Shown here piece after piece: positions 21,801 through 31,364 of a DNA stretch of 64,000 nt; the first letter of the stretch is position 1; the number at the start of each line of letters is the position of its first letter. A model generated the notes under the pieces. It did not search any database, was not told the DNA's origin, and was given only the letters and a program-made list of their open reading frames with translations. Position numbers and translations under genes: made by a program. Source of the DNA: a virus (taxonomy: Duplodnaviria; Caudoviricetes); the IMG/VR virus record IMGVR_UViG_3300031760_005061, positions 1 through 64,000 of that record, one strand, 5' to 3'.

Positions 21801-23200
21801 ACAGATATATTTATCTCGACCAGTACCAGCAGTACGAAGAAGAGGTTTATCAAGCCGAGCAGCAAGCATTGCAAGATGCAGCGAGTGCGACCGAGGATAT
21901 CCACGGCAAAGTTGTAGATATGATTCGCGACGAGCTCGAGGAACAGAAGGACGCAATCGACGAAACAAAAGACGCGTATCTCGAACTTATAGACATACGC
22001 CGGCAGGCGCTCGAAGATCAGAAAGATCAAGAGGACTATGAGAAAGAACACGCTGAGAAACTCGCCGCCGTTGCCGAACTTCAAAGACAGCTCAATGCGC
22101 TTGCTAACGACAATTCTGCCGAAGGTGTAAGGAAATATAAAGAAACACTTAACTCGCTTCACGACGCACAAGAAGAATTGTACGACTTCGAGCGTGAGCA
22201 CGCATATGACTCACTCGAGAAACAGCTCGACGAACAAGAAGCAGCGCTTGAAAATTCGTCTGAAACAACAAAGACCGAGATAGACAAGAAGCTCGAAGAT
22301 AATGAGTGGCTTGTTGCTGAAGCATGGCGTCGTATGCAAGGTATGTCAGACGAGCTGTACAATCAGCTTATAGCGCATAACAAGAAATACAGCACATCGA
22401 TCAAAGACGATATAACTGACGCATGGGACAAAGCCCGCGAAGCCATGCAGAGATACTATGACGGCGTAAACGCCGAAGGCGGATACGCTCATATTACCGG
22501 TCGTATCGGCGAAAGCGGCATGACCGACGCAGAAGCAATGCAAGACAATGTAACTGCCGGAATTAAAAACGTTGCTGAATACACCAGCGTATTTGTGAAG
22601 GCGATTGCTGCATTTGCGAGTGCTGGCGCGAGCCTTGTATCAAGCTTTGCGAGTATTTTGAACCAAGTGTTCCCGAATCCATTAACGTCGGTTTTGGCGA
22701 CCGGTGCAGGCGGCATGGCATCTGCTGTAAGCGGTTTTGGCGGTATGGCTACAAACCTCTTCGGGTTCATCGGCGGTCTTGCCGGTGGATCTGACTCGGT
22801 TTCGGCTACAGGTATTTATCGTACCGACGAGTTCGGTGAAGAGTTAAAGATGCTTCGAACCGCGGATGGTAACTATACAATGTTAACAAAGGGTTCGAAG
22901 GTGTTTACCGCGAGAGCGACAGAGCGTCTTGCGAAGATACTCGAACACCCCGAGTTACTTACCGGCGGGTTAGTTCCCGACATAGTGTCGAGTATATCCG
23001 GCTCAATGGCTCCGGCTCCGTCGATGGTCGATGCGAGTTCGCAGAATATTACACTGTCGCAGTCGTTCAATATTTCCGGTGCAAATCCGGACGAGATTGC
23101 GAACAAGATAAAAGGCACAATTGCAGATTACACATTGGATGTAATCAGAAAGAACTCAAGAGACTCCGGACGCGTGCGCCCGGTACGCTCAGTATATTAA
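15803..23200 (+). CDS. Tape measure protein (2465 aa)
   Basis: TP901-like TMP core (ELDKAITDLQIATG...WLRQGY...VGTFFKTMLARM...AGTRQ), long coiled coils, hydrophobic segments. Confidence 0.93.
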   Translation: MKEGFTLSKPELTIPVNIKGEKQIADLEEEVRDLKWELAGARDEASNLRSEMQRLGATDLKKLRQEQQELFNGFVKLNNISLSDDGVKKYRENIESGLQTARQAVMSFKKEFPEKLDPEAFSFFGNEGTSGQMKEMSASTEILAAALVQVVDLLKDMSTTIKTLDFSKVKTGARAVKEITEELAKTPIDPMSQMPSKSASDYSAAMQSSLNSSLKDYGISLSKSLQGDIRSQPAISEEADGQLRFVENLELESKKASESVNMITSSLGELHSAVAAFKENQNAEMTPIDLAKAEADTIAIAQSLDGAIDTNDLSIYSDFVNYLQQAGQAAEKVAVAEDKIGDSFESNGLTVYGEFEEYLKRTEAAASATADTINEDLEPAMKSVIDMGNAPPGGGGGDGGGIFGDGGDGELDELKITERQMQRLGEIAMDISHVDWENSDFIRGLDQSSEEFAKMVEWGETLQQMLSELSISRDEVGGVTDVLGEDNERIDAEYFQQIADGYKAYASARKAAQDIGKDTGNTDKQLEKEAQAALKTAEGYRNLEVAIAQYTAKNRTMMSSDVYQKFQQLQSAVQAGTISLQEAQSQFKSLKASVESTASPLDRFIKQFKSHFFTQFSTKVITAGFMELKKAIRDVFQNVIELDKAITDLQIATGYSREQTAALVKEYSQLGNKIGATTLEVAQAADEWLRQGYSAEEASRLIESSMMLSKLGQISASEATTALTSAINGYKMSAEDAVSIVDKLTAVDMEAAASAGGLATSMSKTATSAMTAGVSMDTLIGYIAKVKEVTQDGDEAVGTFFKTMLARMGNIKSGLLVDPETDEDLSDVESALSGVGIKLRDTSNHFRDLESVLNEVSQQWGNYSNVQQRAIAKAFAGTRQQEKFLVLMENYDDAMRLAGVAANSSGTAIQKYNDAYLKSYEAAKNSLSASTEAFSQSVLDTDIVIGAVNALNMLVQALTKLNETGAVGWFTAAAAGLVVFTKRAHDLVNAFNTIQGTVSPVIASVRGLSAGQDGFADSVTKISNAIAGQNKVIQDNVISLTAKTNKEAALAVVAQLNAASEEKITADTLTHNAAIGATILGLDKEQAELLESIVVKNADAIATGKLTEAELAEMIVTGKIAEGSLAEQLAHMLCAGAKKTEDVATQHLTKSQIALNAAGGPTTLILLAIAGAVVGLVYAFKKLSSAESEARADLEDMRSDLNATENEISSITSELEQNKTRLEELNDVEHPTYATEAEIAKLEETNQKLETQLALLKARAKYQNNQIDKQEEKVWEKANSHTVGSTVWYDDGGGKVAKPFQWIADEEMYSHFLSTADAVDVYIQKMNDAQSALDQYQQEALKDGEINDDEQKKIDELSKEVQRYTGDLLTMSDILGDAGDKGQEFVDKIAYATTDAAGRWGMMKNDLDEVRKRIDANDLKGLDEDNIGERLDSKQIQSYAQAIKNAGSENELFNSITKDMTDEQIILWFADLTGAADDYKDSVDKATDKNYDFADSLQAIGNAQSGFKSIKKAFDDINSDGKVSFDTISDISAALKDVGVDDSDIEKYTGTLLKAKKNSAEFKQTLSDMTYVYARNKIGIDNLVGADEKLIARQLDGIGVSNSAAVAHQLVAEAEAKVAMQAALASGDVNGFISALSSEAGQAAITEQSFVDLVAEMIVFNSTNLDVSQKISALNSLIFAAYGAENAINAALGGDGQAVIQAAADQEYARWRQSNPVPSDVKNGDFRTSSVYKQFQDQATLDAYNYALEKAAKKASKNQPQFTPTGGNTGGGSSSGGGGGGGSSTSALDNYTKSVDNKQKKLELSYKRGEMSAKDYFKALEIIYKEGYDGLKKAIENGEFSDSDEEELLDAETGMLDKLQGAHRDSYEEEKKLQDHYLKMNYITEEQYFAELTRLYLTYYAGREEYSEEAQQAEEELYEKGTAIVEKWANAAVDAVNAVSSAMQSMASAATDLLQGLIDANEHSFDRYYKNLQHQLKMNYITEAEYTDQLDKLYKRYFKDRYIYLDQYQQYEEEVYQAEQQALQDAASATEDIHGKVVDMIRDELEEQKDAIDETKDAYLELIDIRRQALEDQKDQEDYEKEHAEKLAAVAELQRQLNALANDNSAEGVRKYKETLNSLHDAQEELYDFEREHAYDSLEKQLDEQEAALENSSETTKTEIDKKLEDNEWLVAEAWRRMQGMSDELYNQLIAHNKKYSTSIKDDITDAWDKAREAMQRYYDGVNAEGGYAHITGRIGESGMTDAEAMQDNVTAGIKNVAEYTSVFVKAIAAFASAGASLVSSFASILNQVFPNPLTSVLATGAGGMASAVSGFGGMATNLFGFIGGLAGGSDSVSATGIYRTDEFGEELKMLRTADGNYTMLTKGSKVFTARATERLAKILEHPELLTGGLVPDIVSSISGSMAPAPSMVDASSQNITLSQSFNISGANPDEIANKIKGTIADYTLDVIRKNSRDSGRVRPVRSVY

Positions 23201-23205
23201 ACAAC

Positions 23206-23232
23206 AGAGGGCTGTCATTCCGGCAGCCCTCA
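23206..23232 (+). terminator. Hairpin after the tape measure gene
   Basis: GAGGGCTG...CAGCCCTC inverted repeat; weak U-tract. Confidence 0.45.
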
Positions 23233-23257
23233 TATATCTTCAAGGAGGTGGCATAAG

Positions 23258-24136
23258 TTGGTTCTAACTTCAAACCAGTTCGTGTACAACGGACATCCGT
23301 CATATCTGTACGGATTGAGATTTATGTGGTTGGACAACAAACCGTCCGACTCTATGGCGGCTGAGAAGAAATACAGTTATTTCAGAAACAACGCCACTAA
23401 CACATTTTCGGTGCTTAACACCGAATATAAAGAACCTCTGTCATTTAAGGTTGATATTATCTCGGACAGAGTATTAAGTGAATACGAGATAAGCAGAGTA
23501 TATGATATATTCTTCAATTTGCCTTACTTCAGAGAAATGAGGGTTATAGACGATTCCGGTATAACCAAGATATTCAAATGTCTCTTCACGAATCCCGAGA
23601 GATACGAGTATGGTCTTGGCAGCGAAGCCGGGCTTGTCGGATTCAAGGCGACACTTGTGTTAGAATCGCCCTTTATCAGCGAAGGTAATAAAACCGTCGT
23701 TTTACCGACCGTCGACCCCGACACACAAGAAGAGAGCTGGGGCGTTGCGAACGAGTCAGATACACACGATTATGTGTATCCGGATGTTAGCATAGTTCTG
23801 CCGGCAACCAGTGAGGGCGACGAAATAACATTCAAGATCGAAAACACAAAAGACAGAATTACAAGTTCTAAAGACGGAATCGTTGGTAATAGAATTGTCA
23901 CTATTACCAAAAAAGAAAGTACCGGGGAAGAAACGATTGAGTTCAAGCCGAAGAAGGGTACAATAACCGCCGGCGGTTCATCTGTTATTGACAGAACGAA
24001 CAAAAAGTTCATTCGTTTAGTTCCGGGATACAACACGTTTGTTATTAGTGCTTACAACAGCGACGGCACTCCTAACAGCACGTATTCCATTACATCAATG
24101 ACATTAGACTTCAGAGAGGACAAGGTTATAACATGA
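23258..24136 (+). CDS. Distal tail protein (Dit)
   Basis: N-terminal FVYNGHPS..YGL, C-terminal FIRLVPGYN; directly after TMP. Confidence 0.8.
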   Translation: MVLTSNQFVYNGHPSYLYGLRFMWLDNKPSDSMAAEKKYSYFRNNATNTFSVLNTEYKEPLSFKVDIISDRVLSEYEISRVYDIFFNLPYFREMRVIDDSGITKIFKCLFTNPERYEYGLGSEAGLVGFKATLVLESPFISEGNKTVVLPTVDPDTQEESWGVANESDTHDYVYPDVSIVLPATSEGDEITFKIENTKDRITSSKDGIVGNRIVTITKKESTGEETIEFKPKKGTITAGGSSVIDRTNKKFIRLVPGYNTFVISAYNSDGTPNSTYSITSMTLDFREDKVIT

Positions 24137-27100
24137 CGTTCAATTATGATTATTACTCACGTTTTGAAGTGCCTACTCTGTTACTGTGTCATCCCGATGA
24201 TACACCGATCGGTATGCTAACGGACGTAGAGGATTATAAACTCGAACTTAAGTTTAATGAAGTATCGCGACTTAGTTTCTCGGTATTTCAAATTACAAAT
24301 ATTGAATACATACCGGCGGAGGTTGACGCATCGACCGTTGGTAAATATTTTGTATTCAGAGAAAACGGCGAATACGACAATTATACAAAGGGTTATTACG
24401 AAGAGATAGAACTCGACGGACATAACAACGACCTTTCGCTGTCGTACTTTACCGAAGAGGCGTCATATAACGCGGCGTTCGACAATATTATGGAGCGCCG
24501 AGAAATTCTGGTCGAAGACCTCGGATATTTTATCATCACCGATGTTACCGACGAGAAAAGCGAAAAGGGTAGATTTAAGAGCGTATCGGCTTCGTCATGC
24601 GACTACGAGCTGAACTATATCGAGACGCCATATCTTAACGGCACATATGTTCTTTACTCAAAAGACAACTGGAAAGAGGTCGACGGCAAGACAGAACTGG
24701 TCGAACAGGACTATAACTACTACATTGACCTCTATGTTACTCCGTTCACAATCGGAACGAGATATGTGCGTGGAGATAACGACGAATATATCCCGGTAAC
24801 ACTTCCGGAAGAATACTCTCCGAAAGTAACATACTACGGTATCAATGATTATGTCGGCAAAGACTGCTTACTCTACGAGATAATGAAGTCTATACCGCAC
24901 TGGACGCTTAAACAAACAAGAACAGGAAACAATATCGCCAACGAAACAAACCCGGACTATGTAGAACTCGCACAGAAATACAGAACGTTCTCTCCGGATG
25001 ACAAGATGACGGTATATGCGTTTCTTAAAACCAAGCTTCAAGAGTCGTTCGAGTGCTTCGTTAAGTTTGACATACTCAATCGTGTGATTGAGATATGCAG
25101 ATACGAAGACGCACTCACCGATATGAACTTTATTTTAAACGAGAAAAACTTCGTAGACGAGTGCAAAATTAAAACAACTATCGACGACTACACGAACGCG
25201 CTGTCGGTTACCGCGTCGGACGACGACCTTTATATGAGTTCGGTTAACCCGCTTGGCACATCGACAATATACAACTTTAAACACGACATTGATAGCGGAT
25301 TTATCGTGTCAGAGTACGAAGAAGTCGACGAGCCCATTGCAGTTAAAGGGTGGTATTTCTATATTGATGATGGTAAGTATGTTCCGGTATATATCGACCC
25401 CAACGAGGGATATGATAATACTAAACAGTATTACCAACCGACCGAAGCCGGAACACTTGCGGCTGCATTAACTATATGGCAAAAGAAATACGACGAAGCG
25501 TCGATTACGTATCACGGTATTAACTATGATAACTGGGACGCTTGGGTTAAAGAAATAAACCGTATTAAAAACTGGGTTACCGGCGATTACTATTACGCTG
25601 GCGGAGCTACCGGAACAGATCCGGACAAGGCTATGCTGGTTGTAAAAAATGTCGTCAAGATTGCCGGCAGTATACAGACACAAAGAGAGTTTCCGGTTAA
25701 ATGGAAGCCGAGCTATGGGCAGAAATATACATTAAGTCCGGCGCCTCTTGTTAAAGACGGCGAAAAAATAGAGGATATTCTAAAGGTCGTTATTAAGGGT
25801 GACGAAACAACACCGGACAGACAACTTACTGTTGCCGCATATAACAATAATGTTGACTCTGACTCATTTGGCGAGGTTACGCTGGCAAATGACTATATGA
25901 TACCAAGTGATGCCACGGTTACATTTACTTATAAGTATGTTCCGGCAATAGCGCCGAGCTCTGTAGATTATTATTACAATTACTATGCAAGAAAAGATAT
26001 AACATCGGCGAATTTCGAAGCAAATAAGAGCGGTCTATATAAAAGAGGCAAGTACGGATTTGAGTCTTGCGCAAGTTCGTCGTTTAACAGTAATGAGTTG
26101 TATTTTAGCGTAGCAAATACCGGAGCTGCGACAAATATTGATGGCACGGCGGATGCTGAGTCGCTTATCGGACGCTTTATAGTCAAGAACGACTTTATAC
26201 CAGTTACGCCGCAAGACGGCGACGGCATCGATACGTACTATGTCTGGAACGGCGCTAAGTTTATTGAGGCCGCCACAGAAGTCGACGAGAATAACCATAA
26301 ACAAGGTCTTGCAAACACACAATACTTCATCAAGGAGTATAAGAGCGATCTGCCTGCCTCACAAGACGACCATAGTCTTAATGCTAACATAGAAGATGTT
26401 ATGGCTTGGATTAACTCTAATAGAGGAGATCTTGGAGCCGGCGAATACCAGATAGTCACCGACGAACCCGGAGAATCGTCTTATGCAATAGTAGACAGTC
26501 GTAGTGCATACGACAGTATCGACCAAGAAGATACATACGGCAAGATGTACTTCGGTTCTGTATCAGATAACGACCTTGGCGATAATGTTTCTCAAGAGAC
26601 ACTTGACGCCATAGCGGCTGGAATGTCGACACAAGATATGTATGTTTTCTACGACTTCGACGAGATAACATATGCGACTGAAGATGGTGTTCCGGGTGTT
26701 GTAGAAGCAAGACTTGTACAGACCAAAGTTGATCTTGCGATAGAAGATGTTATATCTGAGGTTGTCGGTCTTGTAAGTACAATCAGCGGCTACACGGCGC
26801 AGATTAAGGCGCTTCAAGATGTAAATCCTACACAAGTCAGCGACGACAAAGATGTGGCGAAACAAACAATCCAGAACGAGATTAACCAGATATATGGCTT
26901 CGTTGCGGATGCTCGTGCCGGACTGATTGTCGCGCTTGATAAATATAGAATGCTCTTAGCAGATAGAAACTTACTGTCGGAGCAAATAAATAATCTTGCA
27001 ACCGGTCTTTCGTTTGAAACATTCTTTGCCAACTATTTTATAGACAATGGAATTGCGGCAGATGTCGCCGGACAAAAAGCGAAAAACCTGTATGCAAAAC

Positions 27101-30003
27101 TTATAAGGTTCTTGCGTCAGCAGTCTTACAACGAAGAAAACATTACGATAGAAGACAATATGACGAGTGATCAAAAACAGCAACAGGAGCTTGAACTCTA
27201 TAAGTATGCTGTCGAGTTACTCGGCAAGCTGATTGAACCTACATATACAATTGATATCGATATAGAAGCGTTCCCATTTATTGAGGACTATATGGATATA
27301 GCGAACGGCCTCGATGTTGGTAGTGTCATTAACATCGAACTGCAAACCGGCGAGGTCGAAAGATTTAACCTAATAGGTGTTACCATAGACTATGACAGCA
27401 AAGATATCTCGCTGAAATTTGGTAACCATCTTAACGATAATGACGCGGCAAGCGTGTTTGAAGACTTACAAACAAGCGCGGCGTCTGCGTCGGCGATAGT
27501 TGCGTCAAACTATGTTAACTGGGGAGCGGCGGTTGATGAGACAACGCAGTTGATGAAAGAGAGGAATAATATCCTCGACGCCACACTCCACGGTATTACA
27601 GCCCGCAACTCGTCGTTAAAGGACAATATTACCATCGACACATCCGGTATTAAATGTATGACGCAAAGAGTAAATACCGATGGCGATCTTGTAGACACGT
27701 ATGGTTTATGGATATCTAACGGCGTTATTATGTTTACGGATGACGGATGGCAGTCATCAAAGATGGCGGTCGGGCGTATGGTCGACAACAACGGAAATAC
27801 TCTGTATGGGTTTAATGGTGATACCATTTTGGCGAATACCATTGCCGCCGACAAACTTGTTGCCGGCACGCTGAGTTCCGGAAACAACATGATTAAAGAC
27901 GGTTCGTTCGAGTCGTATGTCAATGATAACGTATATGGTGCAGCGGCAGACAGTAAGCTGTATAAATTTACCGCTAATGACCCGTGGAGCGTTATCAATG
28001 ATTATGGCTATCAAACAGCAGACTATGATTACACCGGTGTTGTTACGGTATCTTCGGAATCCGACGCTTGTCTCGGCGAGAGATATTTGCATGTTTATCG
28101 AGAAGGCGCCGGTGGCGGCATAACATATACAGAAGAAATAACTGTACTTAAAGACGGTACACACACAATAAGTTTTTATTGTAAACCAGACGACACACCG
28201 ACAGACGGTAGTGTTCAGATAGATATATACAAACCCGGAGAAGGAACGTTTTTATCGGCTGTTGCGCCGTTTGACGAACTATCGGATGACTGGAGTCGTT
28301 TTAGTGCAACCGGGGAATTATCCGCGGGAGTCTATCGTGTGTCGATAACATCCACTATGGATGTAAACTATATGATTGACGGCGTGCTACTTGAACAGTC
28401 TGTTATGTTGAACGGATATTCCGATATGCCCGGCGAAAACTTCGCTAAATATACTGTAATGGACGAAAACGGATTGCGTATATACAGAGGCAAGATAAGT
28501 GTATATAACAATATCGGCGATGAAGTAATTCGGGCAGACAGTAACGGCAATCTTGCTTTAACCGGCGTTATTACGGCAAAGTCCGGCAGCAACATAGCAG
28601 GCTGGGTCACAAATGAAGGTGGCTTCTATAAGCTTAAATACAGAGATCAGGAACACCAGACCGGCGCATATCCGGAATCCGGACTGTTTGTTAAAGACAC
28701 CAAATACGGTGTTGTTAACGAAAACGGCACATACTATTTTAAATTTATAGACGACAGTTACAGCGGAGTTAAACAGAACTTCCCACTTTTGTTTACCGGA
28801 TTCAATCCGAATGGAGGGTCGCAACAGTCAGATGCGTTTATATCATCTGACAACTGTAATTTCTACGTTGACAATGACGGCCGAATGAAAGCTGTGAATG
28901 CAACACTAACAGGTACAAATGACGGAGTAGAGCGTGCGGTATTTGACAGTTCCGGTAGCGGGAAAACCGTTTACACAGTCAGTCCAAATAAGGGCAGTAT
29001 TATGGTTGCTGTTAACGGACTGTTAATTCCCGAACAGCCTAAAAATACTAATGGAGCGTACTCTACGCAAAAATACTCTAATGGTTTTGAGTATAACGGT
29101 AACAGTACTACTCAAAACTTAACAATATACGGTACGCTTTCCAATACAGATAAAGTTGAAGTATACTCATCGACCGGATACGCCGCTATTATATCATATG
29201 CGACAATTACACAGGTAAAGATCACAAACGCAGATATACAGTCATCGTTTTTAAAGCAGGCGTATATCAGTAATTCAGAATTAATTACGACGAACATTAC
29301 AAATTCGACGATGACAGATTGCGCGATTAAAAACAAGTTATCGATCAAAGCTACTACTGGACAACAGGTTGCAACCATACGTGCGTTTTCGACTACAAAT
29401 CCAGACAGAACCGGAACAAGTTTGTTAATAGACGCGTCTGATAACGAAGGAAATGGCGCTGGTAGTATTACGATTAAAGCTAAAAATGTGAAATCGGACA
29501 ATGATAAACGAGATGTTTCTCGTTCCGGAGTACTCAAAACTGAGGACTCTACATCGACAGCGAGTATGAGTTTCTCGTCAAAAGCAATTAACAAAATACC
29601 CGGAATAAAAAACTTGTCTCAGTCAATAAAAAAACTTGCGCCGTATGATCCAACGTCAACAAAAAGTATATACAGAAATAAAGCAATCTTGCTTGATGGA
29701 GACGTATTCGTTACAGGATTAATGGACGCATATGGTACCAATAAAGATTTGGTAGATATTGTTTCAGAAATACATGGCAAAATTGACAATATCCAGCTAC
29801 AGCTTTCTGCGTTATCTATCTTTTCTGTAACATCAATTGTTGCGATTTCAGCCACGTTGGGCGCACTTATTGCGTCACTTGTAGCGACATTTGTTGCGGG
29901 TATATTAATTGATATATTATCCGGTGTGTCCATGGGCGCTGGACCCGCGGGATGGGTATTGGCATTATTCTTACAGATTCTTAAGAGGGCTATTGGTCGG
30001 TAA
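24133..30003 (+). CDS. Tail tip/baseplate hub-spike protein (Tal-like, 1956 aa) with CBM-like domain and hydrophobic C-terminus
   Basis: Hub-like N-terminus (LKFNEVSRLSF), FTDDGW..K.AVG and ILANTIAADKLVAGTL motifs, CBM-like NMIKDGSFES...IDGVLLEQ. Confidence 0.85.
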   Translation: MTFNYDYYSRFEVPTLLLCHPDDTPIGMLTDVEDYKLELKFNEVSRLSFSVFQITNIEYIPAEVDASTVGKYFVFRENGEYDNYTKGYYEEIELDGHNNDLSLSYFTEEASYNAAFDNIMERREILVEDLGYFIITDVTDEKSEKGRFKSVSASSCDYELNYIETPYLNGTYVLYSKDNWKEVDGKTELVEQDYNYYIDLYVTPFTIGTRYVRGDNDEYIPVTLPEEYSPKVTYYGINDYVGKDCLLYEIMKSIPHWTLKQTRTGNNIANETNPDYVELAQKYRTFSPDDKMTVYAFLKTKLQESFECFVKFDILNRVIEICRYEDALTDMNFILNEKNFVDECKIKTTIDDYTNALSVTASDDDLYMSSVNPLGTSTIYNFKHDIDSGFIVSEYEEVDEPIAVKGWYFYIDDGKYVPVYIDPNEGYDNTKQYYQPTEAGTLAAALTIWQKKYDEASITYHGINYDNWDAWVKEINRIKNWVTGDYYYAGGATGTDPDKAMLVVKNVVKIAGSIQTQREFPVKWKPSYGQKYTLSPAPLVKDGEKIEDILKVVIKGDETTPDRQLTVAAYNNNVDSDSFGEVTLANDYMIPSDATVTFTYKYVPAIAPSSVDYYYNYYARKDITSANFEANKSGLYKRGKYGFESCASSSFNSNELYFSVANTGAATNIDGTADAESLIGRFIVKNDFIPVTPQDGDGIDTYYVWNGAKFIEAATEVDENNHKQGLANTQYFIKEYKSDLPASQDDHSLNANIEDVMAWINSNRGDLGAGEYQIVTDEPGESSYAIVDSRSAYDSIDQEDTYGKMYFGSVSDNDLGDNVSQETLDAIAAGMSTQDMYVFYDFDEITYATEDGVPGVVEARLVQTKVDLAIEDVISEVVGLVSTISGYTAQIKALQDVNPTQVSDDKDVAKQTIQNEINQIYGFVADARAGLIVALDKYRMLLADRNLLSEQINNLATGLSFETFFANYFIDNGIAADVAGQKAKNLYAKLIRFLRQQSYNEENITIEDNMTSDQKQQQELELYKYAVELLGKLIEPTYTIDIDIEAFPFIEDYMDIANGLDVGSVINIELQTGEVERFNLIGVTIDYDSKDISLKFGNHLNDNDAASVFEDLQTSAASASAIVASNYVNWGAAVDETTQLMKERNNILDATLHGITARNSSLKDNITIDTSGIKCMTQRVNTDGDLVDTYGLWISNGVIMFTDDGWQSSKMAVGRMVDNNGNTLYGFNGDTILANTIAADKLVAGTLSSGNNMIKDGSFESYVNDNVYGAAADSKLYKFTANDPWSVINDYGYQTADYDYTGVVTVSSESDACLGERYLHVYREGAGGGITYTEEITVLKDGTHTISFYCKPDDTPTDGSVQIDIYKPGEGTFLSAVAPFDELSDDWSRFSATGELSAGVYRVSITSTMDVNYMIDGVLLEQSVMLNGYSDMPGENFAKYTVMDENGLRIYRGKISVYNNIGDEVIRADSNGNLALTGVITAKSGSNIAGWVTNEGGFYKLKYRDQEHQTGAYPESGLFVKDTKYGVVNENGTYYFKFIDDSYSGVKQNFPLLFTGFNPNGGSQQSDAFISSDNCNFYVDNDGRMKAVNATLTGTNDGVERAVFDSSGSGKTVYTVSPNKGSIMVAVNGLLIPEQPKNTNGAYSTQKYSNGFEYNGNSTTQNLTIYGTLSNTDKVEVYSSTGYAAIISYATITQVKITNADIQSSFLKQAYISNSELITTNITNSTMTDCAIKNKLSIKATTGQQVATIRAFSTTNPDRTGTSLLIDASDNEGNGAGSITIKAKNVKSDNDKRDVSRSGVLKTEDSTSTASMSFSSKAINKIPGIKNLSQSIKKLAPYDPTSTKSIYRNKAILLDGDVFVTGLMDAYGTNKDLVDIVSEIHGKIDNIQLQLSALSIFSVTSIVAISATLGALIASLVATFVAGILIDILSGVSMGAGPAGWVLALFLQILKRAIGR

Positions 30004-30035
30004 GTCTGGCAGCATCATAACAAAGGAGAATTACA

Positions 30036-30395
30036 ATGACTTTAAAGGAAATAATTTTAGCATATCCTATTTTCACAAAATTTGCCGGGGAAGTGAACCT
30101 CCCGACAAAGATGAAATACAAAATCTCTCTTTTATTAAACGAACTCTCTCCGAGTATTGAGTTCTTTGAGAAAGAGAGAGTAGAAATAATTAACAAGTTT
30201 AACACGTCCGAAAACCCGGACGAGATTACCATACCGACAGAAAGTATGGAAGACTTTAACAAAGAAGTAGAGGAACTTGTTAATACAGAATTCGAAGGAG
30301 AAATCAAAAAGGGTGAGATTCCTATGTCTGTAGAACTCCCGCTTACGGCGATAGAAATACAGGCGTTACTTCCGTTCTTTGAGTTCACCGAGTAA
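30036..30395 (+). CDS. Conserved phage protein following the tail tip (DUF1617-like)
   Basis: AAAGGAG RBS; helical; LPxKxxYKI pattern. Confidence 0.55.
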   Translation: MTLKEIILAYPIFTKFAGEVNLPTKMKYKISLLLNELSPSIEFFEKERVEIINKFNTSENPDEITIPTESMEDFNKEVEELVNTEFEGEIKKGEIPMSVELPLTAIEIQALLPFFEFTE

Positions 30396-30457
30396 TTAAA
30401 ACGCGCCGGGTACCAACCATGTGTACCCGGCCGTACTACTATAAGAAGGAGGATAAT

Positions 30458-30994
30458 ATGTCGGTTCAGAAAACACTGACTTTAGATATTTCTAACTTCA
30501 ACAATAAAGTAGATACTATCTACACAAAGTCTGCAACTACAGATTTAGAGCTTACCGTTTTTGTAGTAAATAACGGGAAGCCGTATGAGTTGCCAGAGGC
30601 ACAAAACATCATAGTTCTATCTAATTATGGCGCGTATCAAGATCCAATTACGGCAAGATATGTTGATGGTAACAAGGCTATATTTGATATGAACGGTGTG
30701 TACAGATGTGGCTGGACTATATGTAGTCTGCGTATCGATAACGGCACTGGTGACGACGACGTACACGATGTTGTTGAAACACAGAACTTTCAGATATATT
30801 GCGAAGAATCTCCCGACGGTGACGAGTCAATTATAGAACTTTCAGTTGCTGCGAGATTATATCTCGACGAACAACTTGGTATTATACAGACAAATCTTAA
30901 TAATGAGCTTACAACGTTTGAGACGAGAGTCGATACGACGCTTGACGAAATTGATTTGGCGCTAACAGACCTTCTCGGCACAACCGGTAGCTAA
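30458..30994 (+). CDS. Baseplate upper protein (BppU-like N-terminal domain)
   Basis: AGGAGG RBS, ATG 30458; VVNNGKPYELP...TQNFQIYCEESP pattern. Confidence 0.6.
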   Translation: MSVQKTLTLDISNFNNKVDTIYTKSATTDLELTVFVVNNGKPYELPEAQNIIVLSNYGAYQDPITARYVDGNKAIFDMNGVYRCGWTICSLRIDNGTGDDDVHDVVETQNFQIYCEESPDGDESIIELSVAARLYLDEQLGIIQTNLNNELTTFETRVDTTLDEIDLALTDLLGTTGS

Positions 30995-31002
30995 GGGGTG
31001 GT

Positions 31003-31347
31003 TTGATGGATATAAGTACCAACCTAACCGCACTAATTAATATCTGGAAAACAACCAAATCTGTTCTGAGCGGACAGGGTTTGAATATGACTAACCACGG
31101 ATATTCTAACTTTACGGACGATATAGACGGATTATTTACGAATATCCATACAGTTATAGGAGATGTTGAAGACGGAGGAGCGTCTATGACGATTACCGAA
31201 AAATTAAATCGCTTAATCGACCTCGCCAACCAAGCGCTTTACGGCGACGATCCGGGCGAAGGTCAGGCTGAAACGGTGTCTGATGCCGTGCTTCAGCTAA
31301 TACAAAAAATAGAAGAGTTGGAAAGCAACTCACAAGACAACACATAA
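31003..31347 (+). CDS. Hypothetical tail-fibre-module protein
   Basis: GGGGTGG RBS; in operon. Confidence 0.55.
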   Translation: MMDISTNLTALINIWKTTKSVLSGQGLNMTNHGYSNFTDDIDGLFTNIHTVIGDVEDGGASMTITEKLNRLIDLANQALYGDDPGEGQAETVSDAVLQLIQKIEELESNSQDNT

Positions 31348-31364
31348 AGAAAGGAGCCGGTTAA

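Noticed and set aside
21323-22201. 292-aa antisense ORF inside the tape measure gene
   Set aside because: Mirror of a Glu/Lys/Gln-rich sense frame with C-ending codons; no RBS or recognisable motif.
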